A DNA stretch of 64,000 nt from Candidatus Omnitrophota bacterium (lineage in GTDB: Bacteria; Omnitrophota; Omnitrophia; Omnitrophales; Aquincolibacteriaceae), in the NCBI GenBank assembly GCA_022711115.1, contig JAKLFP010000001.1:261183-325182 (forward strand). The letters are read 5' to 3'. This document shows positions 40,431 to 50,668 of the stretch, in pieces. Within the stretch, counting starts at the first letter, position 1. Each line of letters begins with the position of its first letter. The position numbers were made by a program, and so were the translations under genes. Below the pieces are notes generated by a model. It was given only the letters and a program-made list of their open reading frames with translations. It did no database searches and was not told the DNA's origin.

Positions 40431-41748
40431 CCTTATTCCCGCTCATGACTTCTTCCAGTATTTTTTTGTTCTGGGCTGCCTCTTTTAAATGGGGATCCAG
40501 CGCTAAAGCCTTGTCCCATTCCTTAAAAGCGTTATCGACATCGCCTAAAAAAGCATGAGCCAGTCCGGCATTGGCGTGAGCTTTGGCATAACGATCATTG
40601 ATTGAAAAAATCTTTTGAAAGACCTCGAGCGCTTTTTGAGGTTGATTTATTTTAAGATAAAAAAGGCCCATGTCGTTTTGAAGTGCAAGGTCGCTCGGAT
40701 CTTTCCTTAATAATTGTTCATAATAAGAGATTGCTTTGGCGGAGTCCTTTTTTTGGGTAAACGTTTGGGCTAATCCGTAAATTGCACCAGGATTTTGGGG
40801 GTCTTTTTCCAGAGCTTGCTGAAAGCTCATTTCGGCTCGATCCCATTCTTTTTTCCCAAAATAAAGCTGGCCAAGACCAAGTAAGGCCTGCGGATCGTTA
40901 GGATCCCGGGACAAGGCTTCTTGATACTGGATCTCGGCCTGAGCGTAATCTTTCCGCAAACGCAAGATTTCTGCTCTATGGAGATATGCCCGCGGAATGG
41001 GAGCCGGGCTCTCGATCAAACGCTCCGTAATGATCCACGCCTGATCCAATGCCCCTGCCTGGATGAATGCCGCCGCGGCATTGCAACTGGCAATGGTGTC
41101 ATTTTTCTGGCCCAATTCTTCAAATAGTTTTGCAGATGCCAAGTAATCGCCTGCCATATAAAGGCAAAAAGCGAGATTCCGTTTGAAGGTGAGTTCATGG
41201 GGCTTGAGTGTGACGAGTTTTTGATAATAAGGAATGGCTTTTTGATACTGTTTTTCGGTTTCATAAAAATGGGCGGCATTCTGAAGCAGATCGATATTGT
41301 CGGGTGTTTGTTCCAAGGCCTTTAGAAAATTCGCCTCCGCATTGGCAGGGATCTTCGCAGCGGCATAGGCACTTCCAAGGTTCGCATAAATAACCGCATT
41401 CATCGTCTGAGGACCCAACGCCTTATGAAAAGAGTCGGCGGCCTCAAGAAACTTGCCTTCCTTGTAAAGCGCAACGCCTTTGGTGAAATGGACCTGGTTG
41501 CCGGAGACCTCAAGAAACTCTGTCTGGGAACCGCGCCAGATCATTTCGACATCGCTCCGCGGGATCTTGACTTTGCCGCCTTTGGCTTCGACGGTCAAAA
41601 AATCATCTCTTTCTTTCAAGATTTTTGTTTCTATGACATTGCCGTTTTTGAGCTTGATAATCTCGGCTTTGACTGTTTGAGTGGATAAGAAAAGAGAGAA
41701 ACATAAGAGAAGAAAAAATAATTTTTGGATTTTTTGAATTTTGTTCAA
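40405..41748 (-). CDS. secreted TPR-repeat protein
   Basis: Signal peptide, then at least 8 TPR units. TTG start with GGAGAA RBS. Overlaps the pilin-like gene by 26 nt. Confidence 0.7.
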   Translation of the reverse strand: MNKIQKIQKLFFLLLCFSLFLSTQTVKAEIIKLKNGNVIETKILKERDDFLTVEAKGGKVKIPRSDVEMIWRGSQTEFLEVSGNQVHFTKGVALYKEGKFLEAADSFHKALGPQTMNAVIYANLGSAYAAAKIPANAEANFLKALEQTPDNIDLLQNAAHFYETEKQYQKAIPYYQKLVTLKPHELTFKRNLAFCLYMAGDYLASAKLFEELGQKNDTIASCNAAAAFIQAGALDQAWIITERLIESPAPIPRAYLHRAEILRLRKDYAQAEIQYQEALSRDPNDPQALLGLGQLYFGKKEWDRAEMSFQQALEKDPQNPGAIYGLAQTFTQKKDSAKAISYYEQLLRKDPSDLALQNDMGLFYLKINQPQKALEVFQKIFSINDRYAKAHANAGLAHAFLGDVDNAFKEWDKALALDPHLKEAAQNKKILEEVMSGNKDEKKKQAA

Positions 41749-41862
41749 ATGGTTCTCCGTTTCGTACGACTGTGTTGATTCAAAAAACGGGAAATCCCTG
41801 ATCGTTCCTGATCTTTTATTTCCCCGAATAAGATAGGGGAAACTTTTTTATTTATCAAGCCT

Positions 41863-43023
41863 TTAGAACTTCAACTTTTTGAAGCTTTTTGTGTCTTGGG
41901 AAGAAGGCAATAAAATCGGTGCCTCTTTCGTCAAGTACTGCGCAAGAATCGTAGAGACTAAAAAGGAACCGCCGGCATTAAAATGACAGTCATCAAAAAA
42001 AAGATCGGGATCTTTAGGTAATAACTTGGCCAGATCCACACATTCGGCCTTGAGCCCCGCGCAAACATCCAACATCGCCTGGTTATACATCGCCATCGTT
42101 TCTCGAAGAACGCTTACGGAATAATATTTTTTGCATTGGTCGCCAAAACCCGCTTCGGCCCAACCGAACCATAAGGTGTTTTTTTCTTTTTCCGTCAGAT
42201 GCTCCATCCACTTGGTGGGCTGCGTCACAAGGATCGGCCGGGCACCTCTTTGCCGAACCATGGTGACCCATAAGTACAACGCCTCTTTGTAGCTTTGCAA
42301 TTTTTCTTCCATGGGAGGCATCGCATCAACCAGAATCGCCTTTTCCCGGTCTTTTGCCCTCAAACTATAGGAAACCGGGCCTGAACCTTGATCCAATTTT
42401 CGATCCACAAAAAGCCTGTTTTTTACCACCCTATACAATTGCCATAAAGCTGTTTTTTCATAAAAAGGAACGGGCTTCACCTCTTGTTTTTGGGGTGGGG
42501 CCTCCAGCGGAATCGCCAAAGCTATGGACAGGTCGTTGATCCCGGTAAGAAGAAGGATGGCATCGATAAACGGGAACTGGTTGAGTAAAAGTTCACTGTC
42601 GCGGATGTGATCCCTGACGATCGTTCCGCTTCTGCCGACATTGCCGACCCAGATGCGGTATCCTTGCTGGTTCACGATTTTTTGTGTGAGGTACGGCCAA
42701 GCTTCTTCATTATCAAGAAACAGACATTCGGTCGTGCTGCCGCCGACCGTAAGGATGTGATAATTCTGGTAAGGTGAAAATTCATCTCCGCGAATACCTT
42801 TCGAATTGACGGAATATCTTTTTTTACCAATAGACGTTCTAAAGGTCTTTTCAAGGTGCGGCTTCAGAATATAACGATCTTCAAGAGGCTCCGTATCTTT
42901 TACAGGGGCTTTCAGAAGCATCACCTTCCCTGCGATCATTTCGCTAAGGACCAACGCAAGGGCCAATCCTCCCAAGACCAGGCAAGCTTTGATGATGCTT
43001 TCCCTAAAGAAAGAAGGTTTCAT
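41863..43023 (-). CDS. membrane-anchored SGNH/GDSL-type hydrolase or acyl-transferase (AlgX/PatB-like)
   Basis: N-terminal TM. Block I TVGGSTTEC. C-terminal DDCHFN (DxxH). Confidence 0.55.
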   Translation of the reverse strand: MKPSFFRESIIKACLVLGGLALALVLSEMIAGKVMLLKAPVKDTEPLEDRYILKPHLEKTFRTSIGKKRYSVNSKGIRGDEFSPYQNYHILTVGGSTTECLFLDNEEAWPYLTQKIVNQQGYRIWVGNVGRSGTIVRDHIRDSELLLNQFPFIDAILLLTGINDLSIALAIPLEAPPQKQEVKPVPFYEKTALWQLYRVVKNRLFVDRKLDQGSGPVSYSLRAKDREKAILVDAMPPMEEKLQSYKEALYLWVTMVRQRGARPILVTQPTKWMEHLTEKEKNTLWFGWAEAGFGDQCKKYYSVSVLRETMAMYNQAMLDVCAGLKAECVDLAKLLPKDPDLFFDDCHFNAGGSFLVSTILAQYLTKEAPILLPSSQDTKSFKKLKF

Positions 43024-43059
43024 TCAAATTCCTTTTTAGGCGAATTTTTGAAAAAATCG

Positions 43060-44331
43060 CTAACCTTTAGCATCTTTTTTCCCTGTTCCAGCGAGATCCG
43101 CCTGATAACAATCTTCCGGCAATAGTTTGAACTGCGGGCTATTGAATGTATCGATATAAGCCCGCGCCCATAAGGCATACCCTTTAGGGTTAAAGTGGGG
43201 ATCGTTCATGTAATAATAAACATCCTGCGTCGTATTCCGGATAAACGGTTCCAAAGCAGCCACGCTGTCCAGGTAAGGAACATTGTATTTTTTTGCGAGA
43301 TGTTCGATCTCCTCATGCGGCCTTTTGGACCAGACTCTTTGCTGCTGCGGTCCGGAAAAAAGGAATTGCCCATAATACGGTGTCCCGGACAATAACAGTT
43401 TCACATGGTTTGCCTGGCAAAGTTTGATGATCTTTTCCAGCATGCCCATCGTAAAAGCAACATTTCCACGGGTTTGCGCGTCCCATTCGGGCTTGCACCA
43501 CGACCAGCGGGGATAAAACTGCACCAGTCCCTTGCGAAGCACCATAGAACGCCAGTGTTCTTCCTCTTTTTCCTTGGATTGGTCCACTCTGTGAAATTTC
43601 TTCAACAGCCAGTTGTATAAATGAGAATATTGATATAAAAACAGGATCCCTCGCCGCAGCCATGTCGCCTTCACAGGCCCCTTTTCAGTATCAATGAACA
43701 ATTGATAATAAATGTTCGTCGGCGATGCGGCAAAAGGCTCTCCCTTCTTATCATAAAGCAGCTTCTGACGGTATTTCCAGTCGTCATAATCATCCGACAT
43801 ATCGACATTAACCACCACGACATCGGGCTGATATTTGAGAAGATAATATTTGATGTTGAGGTAATAAATGACCGGCGAGTAACTGACCGTCCCGGTATTG
43901 ATCACTTCAAATTGATAACCGGTTTTTTTGTATCGCTCGTTCAGGGCCTGCCCCACCAAACTCGGAACCGACTGACCCATGGGACAAGTCCCCTCCACAA
44001 AGGAATCTCCCACATAAAAAATGCGATAGATTCCTTTGGGTTTTTTAAGGGAAATGTCATGGTCTTCAACCCACCCTTGTGCGTTATAAAAATGCACGTA
44101 AGGTTTCTTAAATTCGGGGTTGCTGGATTGCCACCCGCTGACCGTGGATTTGGAATGAGGCCGCCACGCATGATTGAGCTGAAAATGCTCAAACGTGTTA
44201 TGATCCATTTGGGGAAAGAACAAAGCAAACATAAGCTCCGCAAAAAGAAAGATCGCGACCGTCACACCCATCGCGGTTAAGCCTGCTAAAAACCATGAAA
44301 AAAAATTATTATTTCTTTCCGTTATAGGCAT
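43060..44331 (-). CDS. membrane-anchored SGNH/GDSL-type hydrolase, paralogue of the neighbour
   Basis: N-terminal TM. FYVGDSFVEG (GDS block). NDPHFNPKGY (DxxH). Confidence 0.6.
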   Translation of the reverse strand: MPITERNNNFFSWFLAGLTAMGVTVAIFLFAELMFALFFPQMDHNTFEHFQLNHAWRPHSKSTVSGWQSSNPEFKKPYVHFYNAQGWVEDHDISLKKPKGIYRIFYVGDSFVEGTCPMGQSVPSLVGQALNERYKKTGYQFEVINTGTVSYSPVIYYLNIKYYLLKYQPDVVVVNVDMSDDYDDWKYRQKLLYDKKGEPFAASPTNIYYQLFIDTEKGPVKATWLRRGILFLYQYSHLYNWLLKKFHRVDQSKEKEEEHWRSMVLRKGLVQFYPRWSWCKPEWDAQTRGNVAFTMGMLEKIIKLCQANHVKLLLSGTPYYGQFLFSGPQQQRVWSKRPHEEIEHLAKKYNVPYLDSVAALEPFIRNTTQDVYYYMNDPHFNPKGYALWARAYIDTFNSPQFKLLPEDCYQADLAGTGKKDAKG

Positions 44332-44404
44332 AGTTTCTTTTTTAAAAAGGAGGGACTGTTATTCTAAAATTTACTTATATAGAAAATATAACTATAAAAA
44401 AATA

Positions 44405-44494
44405 TGGCGGAGAGGGGGAGATTCGAACTCCCGAACCGCTTGCGCGGTTAACAGTTTTCGAGACTGCCGCAATCGACCACTCTGCCACCTCTCC
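44405..44494 (-). tRNA. tRNA-Ser (anticodon CGA)
   Basis: Hand-folded: acceptor GGAGAGG/CCTCTCC, anticodon stem GCAGT/ACTGT with loop CTCGAAA, long variable arm CCGCGCAAGCGG, T-arm GGGAG-TTCGAAT-CTCCC, and an encoded CCA. Confidence 0.9.
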
Positions 44495-44496
44495 AC

Positions 44497-44766
44497 TCAC
44501 GAATCGTCATTTCGACTGAGAATACCAAAACGTTCCTTCAATAGCCGGCGTCCCTGACCCGTCTTAAAGAAATTTTCTCTTTGCCTTGCTGCCGTATAAT
44601 CAGTACAACTTTCTTCAAAAACCAACCGCCATGGTCGACCTGCTTTCGTAGATCGCGTTCTCCCGGCATTGTGGGCCATGAATCGCAAATCAGCATTATT
44701 TTCACGGCTAGAACCAATGTAAAACTTCTTCGTTTTTTCACTGATCAGGACATAAATACAAGCCAT
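44497..44766 (-). CDS. small GIY-YIG nuclease (YhbQ/COG2827-like)
   Basis: IYVLISEKTKKFYIGSSRENNADLRFMAHNAG...RPWRLVFEE. The stop codon lies 2 nt from the tRNA-Ser 5' end. Confidence 0.8.
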   Translation of the reverse strand: MACIYVLISEKTKKFYIGSSRENNADLRFMAHNAGRTRSTKAGRPWRLVFEESCTDYTAARQRENFFKTGQGRRLLKERFGILSRNDDS

Positions 44767-44827
44767 AGATTCATTTTATCTTAGCCAGTTTTTCCGCCGA
44801 AGGCGGACCCGCCAAGCTTTGTGGCGG

Positions 44828-44895
44828 GCGAGACTGCCGCAATCGACCACTCTGCCACCTCTCCACTCACGAACCGCCACCTCGAATGAGAATAC
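44828..44895 (-). repeat. partial duplicate of the tRNA-Ser 5' half (nt 1-35) plus about 35 nt of upstream flank
   Basis: cgagactgccgcaatcgaccactctgccacctctccactcacgaa is identical to 44459-44503. Similarity continues degenerately to gagaatacc, including a relic ...FGIL... ORF end. Confidence 0.6.
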
Positions 44896-45132
44896 CAAAG
44901 TGTTTTTTCTATGCTATTCAAAAAGGATTCCTGAAATTATACGGGTTTCCATCCTTTTTGCAAAACACATATGCTTTATTGCTGCCTTGCGGCAATGTTC
45001 CTTCTGTCTTCGAAATGCTTTTATGCATCAGGACGTGTTGCGTGCTGCCTGTTCCGAAAACAGCGGGTGAAAACCCGAATCTTGGTTTGTGTACAAAAAG
45101 GTGAAACAGGATTATTTCCTGCAGTGAAATGC

Positions 45133-45753
45133 TTAAAAAAGAAACGGCAAAAGCCGCCAGCGCACTTGTTTAACGTAGGCCTGATATTCGGGATCCTGCA
45201 AAAGCATTTTTTCTTCGGCAAAAATCCGGAGAATCTGGCTAAGCAAGCACAATACGGCAACTAATCCATTATAAAGACTCGGCTGATTGATGATATAGCC
45301 TATACTGAAAATCTGATAGCTGGCATAGAGGGGATGCCGTACCCAACGGTACATCCCTCCCCGCTGGATCGCGCGATTAGCAGGAAGCATCCCAAAAGAA
45401 CGGTTAAGCGAAATAATCGCCGCGATCGTAAGCAAGCTTCCGATGATCTGCACCACAGTTGCGATCAGGCTGGTCCCGGCAGCTGTCGTTCGTATGAACA
45501 ACAGTATCGAAAAACTGCCCAAAAAAGAAGTAATAATATCCATCAAGCTCCAGGAAGTGGTCTTTGCGGCTTTACGGAAAACGGCAAAAACAAAAAAAAG
45601 AACCGCTTGTAAGATCAGAAGAGACTCGGAAATTTGCTGCCATCCTGTTAACCCCCAGACCTGCAGGCTATGCCCATAGATCCAAAAGGAAAAAAGAACT
45701 CCCCATGTGGTCCCACTTAGAATAAAACCCATTTTTTTAAATGCCGTTTGCAT
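45133..45753 (-). CDS. isoprenylcysteine carboxyl / phospholipid methyltransferase family protein
   Basis: MYRWVRHPLYASYQIFSIGYII...RIFAEEKMLLQDPEYQAY. Start at the ATG with a GGAG RBS. Confidence 0.7.
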   Translation of the reverse strand: MQTAFKKMGFILSGTTWGVLFSFWIYGHSLQVWGLTGWQQISESLLILQAVLFFVFAVFRKAAKTTSWSLMDIITSFLGSFSILLFIRTTAAGTSLIATVVQIIGSLLTIAAIISLNRSFGMLPANRAIQRGGMYRWVRHPLYASYQIFSIGYIINQPSLYNGLVAVLCLLSQILRIFAEEKMLLQDPEYQAYVKQVRWRLLPFLF

Positions 45754-45957
45754 CTTTTTCTCCTGATCCATTTCAACTCGGCATTGCCGCCCAACGGCAT
45801 GACGCTTAAAGACATTCCTTAAGACACGGCCTGTTAGACAAGCGCCGGTAGCACGCAAGAAAAACTTACACCTTGGGATTTGAAAAAAATTACAAGATCA
45901 GAAAATGTAAAAATCAGGAGGCATTTTAATTTCTGACCCCGAATTTTAAAAAAAGTT

Positions 45958-46323
45958 TCAAGACGGCTGGAGAGTATCGCCCACCTTCAGGTCGATTTTT
46001 TCAAGGCTCCCTGCGGGAAGTTCCACCACGGAGTAAGCATTCCAAACGACAGGCCCCAACCGATTGCGTTGAAAATGATGCGTGAGCTTCACAACCTGAC
46101 CTGCTTTGGTCAAATAGATCACATCAATCGCGTATCTCATCCCTAGCGAATGAATGGAATCGCATGGGACCAGCCAAAGGCCGTGTCCCGGCAACAGCTG
46201 ATCCGTAAAAAGCAACCCACGCATCCTGGAAAAAGGGGTTTTCGCAATCTTCAGGTTTTCCACAACAACTTCCCGGGTACGTGCCGTTATCAGCTTCATC
46301 GTATCCCCTTTCATCTTAAGCAT
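45958..46323 (-). CDS. DUF192 (COG1430) domain protein
   Basis: SRMRGLLF...GLWLVPCDSIHSLGMRYAIDVIYL. Its start overlaps the tadC stop. Confidence 0.6.
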   Translation of the reverse strand: MLKMKGDTMKLITARTREVVVENLKIAKTPFSRMRGLLFTDQLLPGHGLWLVPCDSIHSLGMRYAIDVIYLTKAGQVVKLTHHFQRNRLGPVVWNAYSVVELPAGSLEKIDLKVGDTLQPS

Positions 46324-47131
46324 TTTTGGCTGTATTTATTTTTTCTAAAAAAGGAATGATATTTAAAACAGAAGGCCCTATAAGCACGACAAAAATAGAC
46401 GGCATAATCAAAAAAGCGAGCGGGAATAATAATTTGATTGGTAATTTTAAGATCTTTTCACGCGTCCGAATACGAATCGTTTCCCTCAATAAAGCACTGT
46501 GATTTCTTAACGTATCGCTCAGCTTCATGCCCAGTTTTTCGGATTCAATGAGCGTAATGACAAAGGATTTTATATCCGGAACTTTGGTTCTATTGGCAAA
46601 ATTTCGAAAGGCATCTTCCGCAGGAAGCCCCACATTGATCTCGTAAAAGGTATAGCGCAATTCATTCGATAAAGGGGTTCCCTTCGTCTCTTCTGCTAAA
46701 CGGACCAGAGATGCATTGAGAGACATACCCGCCTCAAGGCAGACAACCAGAAGATCTAAAGTGGTCGGCAAGGCCTCTTCAATCAAGCGTCGATAGCGAC
46801 GGACCATATAAATTTTCAAAAAAAGTTTTAGCGATAGCCCTGCCAAAATAGCCATGAGAAGTTTTATGGCCACCGGTCCGGAAGCAGGAGCTGCTTGCTG
46901 CCACAAAATCGCAAAAAATATCGGGATACCTAAAAAAAGAAGATTTTCAATGTAGAATTTATGGGGTGAAATATGCGCGGCTTTTAAAACCTCCTCTTTA
47001 TATTGTTTCGCAGACGTCAAGATGCTTAAACGTTCCTGAAAGCGGTCTTTTTGGGCGGTGGATGTCAAAAATGACCAAACTCCCAATCCGACCGCAAGGC
47101 TAAACAACACGATCACAATCGCGAATATCAT
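46316..47131 (-). CDS. tadC: Flp pilus assembly protein TadC (T2SS-F domain)
   Basis: Polytopic GspF-like domain. Position after tadB. Confidence 0.8.
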   Translation of the reverse strand: MIFAIVIVLFSLAVGLGVWSFLTSTAQKDRFQERLSILTSAKQYKEEVLKAAHISPHKFYIENLLFLGIPIFFAILWQQAAPASGPVAIKLLMAILAGLSLKLFLKIYMVRRYRRLIEEALPTTLDLLVVCLEAGMSLNASLVRLAEETKGTPLSNELRYTFYEINVGLPAEDAFRNFANRTKVPDIKSFVITLIESEKLGMKLSDTLRNHSALLRETIRIRTREKILKLPIKLLFPLAFLIMPSIFVVLIGPSVLNIIPFLEKINTAKNA

Positions 47132-47146
47132 TTTCTCCTCTTACGC

Positions 47147-48112
47147 TTAAAAGGGAATTCTCAAATTGACCATTTTCTTTACGATCAAGGCCCCCATCAC
47201 CATCATCACCAGCGCAATCGTAACAAGATTGCGTCCGACTTCATTTTCAAACAAGGGCTTTAAATAACCCGGATTTAATAGGTTCAGGATCAAGGCAACA
47301 ACAAACGGTGCCGTAGAAATAATCCAACCGCTTAGCCGCGCCTGAGCTGTTAAAGCTTTCAGCTCCTTGCGCATGACCACACGCGCTGTGATGGTGGCTT
47401 CCAATTTGCTCATGAGTTCTGAAAGATTTCCGCCGGACTCCTGCTGGATGGCAACTCCGACCACAAAGGTTTTGGTGTCTTTGCTTCTTATTCGCTTGTA
47501 AAGCCCCGCAAGCGCATGCGCCATACTTTCTCCCATTTGCAGTTCGCCTACCACCGTTTGAAATTCTTTATTGATCGGATAGGGAGCATCATGGGAAACT
47601 CTTTCAAACGCGCTGGAGATACCAAGGCCAATCCCCACCGCCCCCCGTATGATCTGCAAAGCCATGGGAAAATGCTGGTCGAAAAGATCGACATATCTCG
47701 CATAACGATAGGTCAGAATACCGCTTGGCACAAAAAAAAGCGCCAGTGCCGCCGCGGGAACGGCAATGATATTGGGGATATGCGCTCTAACCAAAATAAG
47801 ATATAAGAACAAAGCTCCGATGAGCGAAATGAGCACAAAAACGCTCACCGAAATGCCCCATCCGCTAGCCTTAAGCATGAGATTAATCTTCGAGAAAAAA
47901 GCCTGTCGCAATAGAATTGCATTCAGTGCGCGTATGTCACTGTATTGGTGTTTCTTTTCAACCTCAAGATGCCCTTTCTTTTTTTTCTCTTCAACTTGTC
48001 CTTCAAAACGCTTTTGCAGAAAGGCCGCATCTCCCGCTGTTTTATCCAACAGGAAAAAAGTAATAAAAAAAACGGATCCGGCCAACAGCGCGGCTAAAAT
48101 AATAAATATCAT
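47147..48112 (-). CDS. tadB: Flp pilus assembly protein TadB (T2SS-F domain)
   Basis: GspF-like membrane domain downstream of cpaF. Confidence 0.8.
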   Translation of the reverse strand: MIFIILAALLAGSVFFITFFLLDKTAGDAAFLQKRFEGQVEEKKKKGHLEVEKKHQYSDIRALNAILLRQAFFSKINLMLKASGWGISVSVFVLISLIGALFLYLILVRAHIPNIIAVPAAALALFFVPSGILTYRYARYVDLFDQHFPMALQIIRGAVGIGLGISSAFERVSHDAPYPINKEFQTVVGELQMGESMAHALAGLYKRIRSKDTKTFVVGVAIQQESGGNLSELMSKLEATITARVVMRKELKALTAQARLSGWIISTAPFVVALILNLLNPGYLKPLFENEVGRNLVTIALVMMVMGALIVKKMVNLRIPF

Positions 48113-48124
48113 GAGGGTCTCGTT

Positions 48125-49441
48125 TTAAAGTGGTTTCAAAATTCGGCTTAAAAATTTTGGTCTTACTGGGGAGAAAACAAACTGACCGATCACCCTTCCT
48201 TTTTCATCAACCCCCTTTTCCTCGAATTGCATCACATCCTGAAGGCTGACGACGTCTCCTTCCATCCCCACGACCTCTGAGATCGATGAAATTTTCCTAG
48301 TTCCATCGGAATAACGTTTGATCTGGATCAAAAGATGCAATGCCGAAGCAATCTGGCGGATAATCGATAAATGAGTCAGATTGGCATTTCCAAGCAGCAC
48401 CATCGTTTCAATACGGCTCAATGCATCCCTTGGCGTATTGGCATGAACGGTGGTGAGCGAACCCTCATGCCCCGTATTCATCGCCTGCAACATATCCAAC
48501 GCCTCTTCGCCACGGCATTCGCCGATAATAATGCGGTCAGGACGCATACGTAGCGCATTGCGCAACAAATCCCGCTGGGAAACCCGCCCTTTGCCTTCCA
48601 CATTCGCGGGACGTGTTTCCAGACGGACCACATGCTGCTGCTGCAGTTGAAGCTCGGCAGCATCCTCAATGGTAATAATACGTTCTGTGTTCGAGATATG
48701 TGCCGAAAGGACATTTAAAAGGGTTGTTTTTCCCGTTCCTGTACCCCCGGAGATCAAAACATTTAATTTGCTTTCGACAGCGAGTTTGAGACACTCCGCC
48801 ACTTTATCATTCAGCGACCCGAGATGGAGAAGATCCTGAACCTTAAGAGGATCCTTTTTGAAACGACGGATGGAAAGCACGGGACCGTTCAGTGCCAGGG
48901 GTGGAATGATCGCATTGACACGTGATCCATCCGCAAGCCGTGCGTCAACCATGGGCGATGCCTCATCCACACGCCGTCCCACCGCCGCCACGATACGGTT
49001 AATGACATGCCTCAAATGCGTGTCATCCTTGAAGGTAATACCTGTCAGGATCAATTTCCCACGCTCTTCAACATAGACCTGTTTGTAACCATTGACCAGT
49101 ATTTCATCGATGGAAGATTTTGCCAGCAGAGGTTCAAGAGGCCCGAGGCCAAAGGTTTCATTTACGATTTCCTTGATAAGATCAGCTTGCTGGTAAGCAT
49201 TCAGGGCGACCTTTTCTTCTCCCACGATTTTTTTTACAAGCTCCGCAACCTGGTCACGCGCGTCATTGGCCGGAAGTTTATTGATCGCTTCAAGATCCAG
49301 ACGTTCAATGAGCTTCTGATGCAAGCGGAATTTCAGATTGTGGAAAAAAATATTTTGCCCTATTTCCCCGACGATTGGCTGAAAACCGGAAGCGCTTTCG
49401 CTGTGGGCGGATATTTGCTTTAGCCGGTCCGCGAGACTCAT
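48125..49441 (-). CDS. cpaF: Flp pilus assembly secretion ATPase CpaF/TadA
   Basis: [15 protein letters not shown] Walker A, Asp box, Walker B, His box (VirB11/GspE family). Confidence 0.95.
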   Translation of the reverse strand: MSLADRLKQISAHSESASGFQPIVGEIGQNIFFHNLKFRLHQKLIERLDLEAINKLPANDARDQVAELVKKIVGEEKVALNAYQQADLIKEIVNETFGLGPLEPLLAKSSIDEILVNGYKQVYVEERGKLILTGITFKDDTHLRHVINRIVAAVGRRVDEASPMVDARLADGSRVNAIIPPLALNGPVLSIRRFKKDPLKVQDLLHLGSLNDKVAECLKLAVESKLNVLISGGTGTGKTTLLNVLSAHISNTERIITIEDAAELQLQQQHVVRLETRPANVEGKGRVSQRDLLRNALRMRPDRIIIGECRGEEALDMLQAMNTGHEGSLTTVHANTPRDALSRIETMVLLGNANLTHLSIIRQIASALHLLIQIKRYSDGTRKISSISEVVGMEGDVVSLQDVMQFEEKGVDEKGRVIGQFVFSPVRPKFLSRILKPL

Positions 49442-50646
49442 GGATGGATCACCTTCTTAAGCGCTTGTTTGAATCCCAAAAACATCCGCATGTCTTTTTT
49501 TTCGGATTGGAAATCAGCTTCAATCTTTTTTGCGAAGTCTTTAAACTGAGCATTCAAAGGAGATCCGTGCGCGGCGTTAATAATCGCCTGTCCCATATTG
49601 ACGCTTTGACATGCGCCGGCATAGTCATTGCTGAAAAAGTGCGCGAAATTATACCTCAAAATTTCTTTTGCCTTGGACAGGTTGATGGCTTCGTATTTGG
49701 AGCTATAACGATTGATAATGATTTTTATCTTTTCAGGTGAGTATTTCAACTGCTCAAGAAATTCAAGGCACCGTGAAGCGCTTCTCAAGGAAATAAGTTC
49801 CAAGGTGCTTGTGATGAAGATATGGCACGAATTATCAATAATGGAAATCAACTGGTCGGTCAGACGGTAACCTCCGTCGATAAAAATATAATCAAAATAA
49901 ACCATAAAAGCATCGAGCATCTTTTCAATGATCGGGGATGTCAATTGTTCGATGTCTTCAATTCTTGCGGGCGCCGGTAAAATGGAAATCCCGTGTTCGG
50001 TCGGCGGCAAAACCCCGCGCAAATATTTATCATCAACACGGTCAATATTGTGAGAAATATCCATTAAAGAAAACTCGGGTTTGTAATTTAGAAAGAAGGG
50101 GATGTCACCCGCCTGAAGCGCCATGTCCCATAGCAGAACCCGCTTTTTGGTAAGTTTCGCTACGCTGATGGCAGTATTGACAGTGACAAAAGTGTTCCCC
50201 ACACCGCCTTTAAAATTAAGGAAGGTGTATACCTTCCCCAGTTTCCTCGAACTTTGCGGCGTCCCGCTCCGTCGAAACCGCTGTATCACTTTCAGGATTT
50301 CTTTTTCCTGAACCGGAAGTTCGATAAAATCCCGCATCCCGTACTTCACGAACTGAAGCGCATGAGGTTTAAGCTCGGGGGTCAGGATTCCCACAAGAGG
50401 AACGATATCACCCACCTTTTCCAGTTTGGAAATCAAATGCTGTAGCTCTTCATCGGAAAACGATCCGAAATCCACCAGGATCAACTGAGGGCCGTAGCGT
50501 AAAAACATTTCCTCTGTGGTTATTTTAAGCGGGCACAGGTCGAGTTTGCAACCGGATTCCGGATGTTTCCGGAAAAACTCTTCAAGGGTTTGCGCGTTTT
50601 TATAATCATTTGAAAAAATAATGGCGTTGATTTTCTGTACTTCCAT
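49438..50646 (-). CDS. cpaE: CpaE/TadZ-like pilus localisation ATPase
   Basis: N-terminal receiver-like domain plus a ParA/MinD-like domain with the deviant Walker A FLNFKGGVGNTFVT. Confidence 0.8.
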   Translation of the reverse strand: MEVQKINAIIFSNDYKNAQTLEEFFRKHPESGCKLDLCPLKITTEEMFLRYGPQLILVDFGSFSDEELQHLISKLEKVGDIVPLVGILTPELKPHALQFVKYGMRDFIELPVQEKEILKVIQRFRRSGTPQSSRKLGKVYTFLNFKGGVGNTFVTVNTAISVAKLTKKRVLLWDMALQAGDIPFFLNYKPEFSLMDISHNIDRVDDKYLRGVLPPTEHGISILPAPARIEDIEQLTSPIIEKMLDAFMVYFDYIFIDGGYRLTDQLISIIDNSCHIFITSTLELISLRSASRCLEFLEQLKYSPEKIKIIINRYSSKYEAINLSKAKEILRYNFAHFFSNDYAGACQSVNMGQAIINAAHGSPLNAQFKDFAKKIEADFQSEKKDMRMFLGFKQALKKVIHP

Positions 50647-50668
50647 AATTTCTCCTATGCTTGCTTTT

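Noticed and set aside
44886-45264. Possible riboswitch or sRNA in the 250-bp gap between the tRNA-Ser duplication and the ICMT-like gene
   Set aside because: No match to riboswitch cores known to me. Only short overlapping ORFs on both strands. It could not be supported beyond being a gap.
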